DNA from: a virus
Taxonomy: Duplodnaviria; Caudoviricetes
IMG/VR virus record: IMGVR_UViG_3300024325_000008
Coordinates: 1 to 35,423 of that record
DNA length: 35,423 bases
Strand: one strand, 5' to 3'
Part shown: positions 33,074 to 35,423 of the stretch, piece after piece
How the letters are laid out: each line of letters begins with the position of its first letter
How positions within the stretch are numbered: position 1 is the stretch's first letter
Program-made: the position numbers and the translations under genes
Notes under the pieces: model-generated
What the model saw: only the letters and a program-made list of their open reading frames with translations
The model's database searches: none
Told to the model about the DNA's origin: nothing

Positions 33074-33336
33074 TGCGGCTCCTCCTCTGGAGAATCACGA
33101 TAGGGCGATGCGAAGTCTTTCGGATCGCCATGTGGCGCTGAATCCAAGATGCGATGATCGACCGCTTCAATCCCGCGCTCGACAGTGATCGAACCATCGC
33201 GATGCTGATGTTTTACGAGCATCAGTTCACCGCCAATCATCAATAACTGACCGCGTTTCGCAGGATGCGTCAATCGGAACCGCTTTCGTTTAGCATCGAT
33301 TGATTCAGCCAGAAAATTAGTCCACAAAGTCATCAT
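33070..33336 (-). CDS. Stand-alone decoration-like domain protein
   Basis: GQLLMIGGELMLV...GSITVERG resembles GRLVLIDQEVMQI...GTTIPVLRG of 16496..17131. Confidence 0.6.
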   Translation of the reverse strand: MMTLWTNFLAESIDAKRKRFRLTHPAKRGQLLMIGGELMLVKHQHRDGSITVERGIEAVDHRILDSAPHGDPKDFASPYRDSPEEEPQ

Positions 33337-33474
33337 TCAAACTCCACGGTATATTTTCTCAATCACGATGACACCACATTTCGGACATCGCCAGATTTTA
33401 TCGTTGCTGGGGATGAGGACATCACGGAGTCGGCCTTTATAGACCATCGAGACTTTGCAAGTCGGACACTGCAC
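33337..33474 (-). CDS. 45-aa zinc ribbon
   Basis: Read by hand from GTG: MQCPTCKVSM...WRCPKCG. Confidence 0.6.
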   Translation of the reverse strand: MQCPTCKVSMVYKGRLRDVLIPSNDKIWRCPKCGVIVIEKIYRGV

Positions 33475-33518
33475 ATGAAATCACTCAGACTCCGAGTAGG
33501 GCATCCACTCTTTCGCCG

Positions 33519-33923
33519 CTATTCACTGCCGAAACGAGAAAACTTGCGTGGTTTGCTCTTCGTTGCGCTTGAGAAATCTGCCGATTCACCGCTTGGTGAT
33601 TGCCGCAGTTCGCGACCTTTCGCGCAGAAGCAGACTCGGACGTAGGAGTGCGCAGCGTGCGGTTTACGAGGTCGGTGAGGACAGGGCATATTCGCAGCGG
33701 GACGCCATGTGGACGGCCCACAGGTGTCATCGCCTGGACACTGGAGATATTCCCATCCGGTATCGTCGCAAGAGTTGCAGATGTAAAACCATTCGCGGCC
33801 TTTCGGCCACGCATCTCGCACCACTTGCTCAAATGCTCGCTCGAGTTCGATACCAGAGACGCCTTCGGCCTTCATTTGGGCCCGCTCGCGTAGAGCGGCC
33901 AAGATCGTTTCGCTCAGACTCAC
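33519..33923 (-). CDS. Zinc-binding replication-associated protein
   Basis: CNSCDDTGW...VRVCFC..G; GTGA overlap with the initiator gene. Confidence 0.6.
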   Translation of the reverse strand: MSLSETILAALRERAQMKAEGVSGIELERAFEQVVRDAWPKGREWFYICNSCDDTGWEYLQCPGDDTCGPSTWRPAANMPCPHRPRKPHAAHSYVRVCFCAKGRELRQSPSGESADFSSATKSKPRKFSRFGSE

Positions 33924-34768
33924 GATGCACTCCGTTTTTGCTTGTCTTTTTCCCACTCTGCGAGTTTGCCGTCACACCATGAGGCCAGCGCGAGAAACTG
34001 CGGTATCGTTCTCGAGCCTTCTTCCGCAAATTTATGGTCGGTCGTCAAAAAACAGATCGCGAGTTTGTCTAGTCGCTCGTCATCCGGCCAGGTTTGGCAC
34101 AATGTGACCGCTGCGGCATAGTCGCGATGAATTTTTGAGGCGTAGCGAGCACCATTGCGTTTCGATGCGTAAAGTTCGCCGTAGCGCTCCACAAATCGGC
34201 CAGCCCGTTCGGTCACGATTGGGTCCAAGAACGGGTCTTTGGCGGGAGTTCCGTTTGTTTTTCGTTGTGGAAGCGCCGCAGGCGAGAGAGACGCGCCGGA
34301 AGGCGCTTTTTTCTCTCTTTTGGAGTCGGAGACAGAGATCGGAGACGGAGACGGAGACGGAGACGGAGGCGACGGTTTTGCGATGACGTTTGCGATGACG
34401 TTGCGATCGTTTTGCGATGTGTCTTGCGACCATCTCTTTTGATTTCCAAGACGGCCAGCCTCAGAACGCTTCGCTGATAAATCTTTTGTTTCTTGATAAA
34501 TCTCTAACTGTGTGTCATTTACGAGGAATAGACCGTCTTCGCGCCAATAGTGTGACACTGCCGGCCAGCATCGGTTCCATTCCTCGAGCGTGCAACCGAC
34601 AGCTCGACGGATGGATTCGTGATTATTTGGCAGGCGAGCGTGTCGGCGCCAGGCTTGGGTCAACATCTCGCGGTAGAGGCCGCGAGGCTCAATTGGCAAG
34701 AGGAAGCCACTGGAGCCCATCCAGCGATCGACCCAAAACCACTCGGCAAGGAGCTTATCTCCAGCCAC
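33920..34768 (-). CDS. Replication initiator, YdaU/DUF1376-type
   Basis: WFWVDRW...RGLYREMLTQAW...LP, KRSEAGRLG..KRW, PSPSPSP linker; contains an iteron array. Confidence 0.85.
   Translation of the reverse strand: MAGDKLLAEWFWVDRWMGSSGFLLPIEPRGLYREMLTQAWRRHARLPNNHESIRRAVGCTLEEWNRCWPAVSHYWREDGLFLVNDTQLEIYQETKDLSAKRSEAGRLGNQKRWSQDTSQNDRNVIANVIAKPSPPSPSPSPSPISVSDSKREKKAPSGASLSPAALPQRKTNGTPAKDPFLDPIVTERAGRFVERYGELYASKRNGARYASKIHRDYAAAVTLCQTWPDDERLDKLAICFLTTDHKFAEEGSRTIPQFLALASWCDGKLAEWEKDKQKRSAS
34341..34370. repeat. GGAGAC x4 (+GGAGGC) hexamer run encoding the Pro-Ser linker
   Basis: Seen directly. Confidence 0.9.
34376..34430. repeat. Iteron array, probable replication origin (5 x TTGCGA)
   Basis: TTGCGA at 34378, 34390, 34401, 34412 and 34424 (spacing 11-12 bp) inside the initiator gene, as for lambda O; T-rich tract near 34306-34321. 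Confidence 0.75.
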
Positions 34769-34771
34769 AGG

Positions 34772-34921
34772 CTATGCCGCTGAAACGTATTGTTCGATGG
34801 CTTTGGCCAGCGCGGCCTGGATTGTGATGCCCTCGACAGCGGCTTGGACCTTCAGGCGCTGCCAGAGATGCACCGGCACGTTCTTGACGTTCACGGCTTT
34901 GTTGACGACTTCGGTTTCCAT
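34772..34921 (-). CDS. Ribbon-helix-helix (Arc/Mnt-like) regulator, 49 aa
   Basis: Read by hand: METEVVNKAVNVKNVPVHLWQRLKVQAAVEGITIQAALAKAIEQYVSAA; first gene after the promoter. Confidence 0.8.
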   Translation of the reverse strand: METEVVNKAVNVKNVPVHLWQRLKVQAAVEGITIQAALAKAIEQYVSAA

Positions 34922-34929
34922 GAGCACAG

Positions 34930-34958
34930 ACGGTAAACCAAGATTTATTCAGTGTCAA
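34930..34958 (-). promoter_or_regulatory. Sigma70-type early promoter TTGACA-17-TACCGT
   Basis: Perfect -35 with 17-nt spacer immediately upstream of the RHH gene. Confidence 0.65.
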
Positions 34959-35269
34959 GGATTAAAACTCAGCCTTGCACAGATGAGCGAATGGAATCGA
35001 AACAGGTCGTTAGACCGATTTCGCCCAGGAGCGACGATCGGCAGGCCGGTAAGGGGTAGGTGGCTTAGCGAGAAAACGTCTCACCAGAGACGCGATAATA
35101 GCTCTACAGAGGCATCAGTGAATATGCAAAAAGACGATGGAAGTGACTGATTATAAACGACATACAAAAACACGAATGGTCCGAAAACGTAGCTAATTAT
35201 GCACACTATTCACTTGATATGTATAGGTGATCTATGCCTGCCTAACCTCCTCGATAACTTCATCACGTA

Positions 35270-35420
35270 AAGCGTCAGGAATTTGACGCATGGGCGGCGC
35301 GAAGTAAGAGAGCCAGGAAACCGAGCGAAGACAAAAAAAGACTTGACAAGCATAAACTGACAAAAGTATCACTAAGGAAGCGTCAAGCAAATGACAGTGG
35401 GTGTCAAAAGTATGACGCGT
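35270..35420. promoter_or_regulatory. Divergent control region with clustered TGAC/GTCA half-sites and a candidate rightward promoter
   Basis: TTGACA at 35343; inverted pairs GCGTCA-N6-TGACGC and TGACA-N5-TGTCA; CAAAAGTAT twice. Confidence 0.5.
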
Positions 35421-35423
35421 AAT

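Larger units (their letters stand above)
1..35423 (-). mobile_element. Phage/prophage genome segment, P22-like (podovirus-type) morphogenesis module with lambdoid-style replication/early region
   Basis: Co-oriented, tightly packed genes in the order replication initiator, small early genes, terminase, portal, scaffold, coat, neck/tail, ejection proteins, tail spike. Many ATGA/TGATG overlaps. No host housekeeping genes. Confidence 0.95.

Noticed and set aside
34797-35150. 117-aa plus-strand ORF
   Set aside because: Overlaps the RHH gene and its promoter; no recognisable features.
1-35423. Stop-codon reassignment or tRNA genes
   Set aside because: Genes are full length in the standard code using all three stops; no cloverleaf noticed by eye.

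Overview
This window is a roughly 35 kb segment of a tailed dsDNA phage or prophage with P22-like (podovirus-type) virion genes. Nearly all genes are on the minus strand. Read from right to left, it contains: (1) an AT-rich divergent control region; (2) a ribbon-helix-helix regulator and a YdaU/DUF1376-type replication initiator with an internal iteron array; (3) about 25 small early/middle genes; (4) a large terminase whose catalytic motifs are deviant, then the portal and scaffold; (5) a P22-like major capsid gene split by a 736-nt group I intron encoding an HNH homing endonuclease; (6) an unusually large block of accessory virion genes, including a protein with 9 repeats; (7) gp4/gp10/gp26-like neck and tail proteins, ejection proteins and a tail spike; and (8) the start of a probable lysis region. 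That last region holds an inverted HNH cassette flanked by 10-bp direct repeats, which supplies a new start for the gene it interrupts. The strongest candidate for a new system is a pair of stand-alone copies of virion domains outside the structural operon: a twin-arginine-signal protein fused to a coat insertion-domain fragment (24023-24424) and a lone decoration-type domain among the early genes (33070-33336). These may be decoys or interference factors. All assignments come from reading motifs, synteny and base-pairing by eye; no searches were run. I saw no integrase, repressor, small terminase, endolysin, tRNA or CRISPR array in the window.
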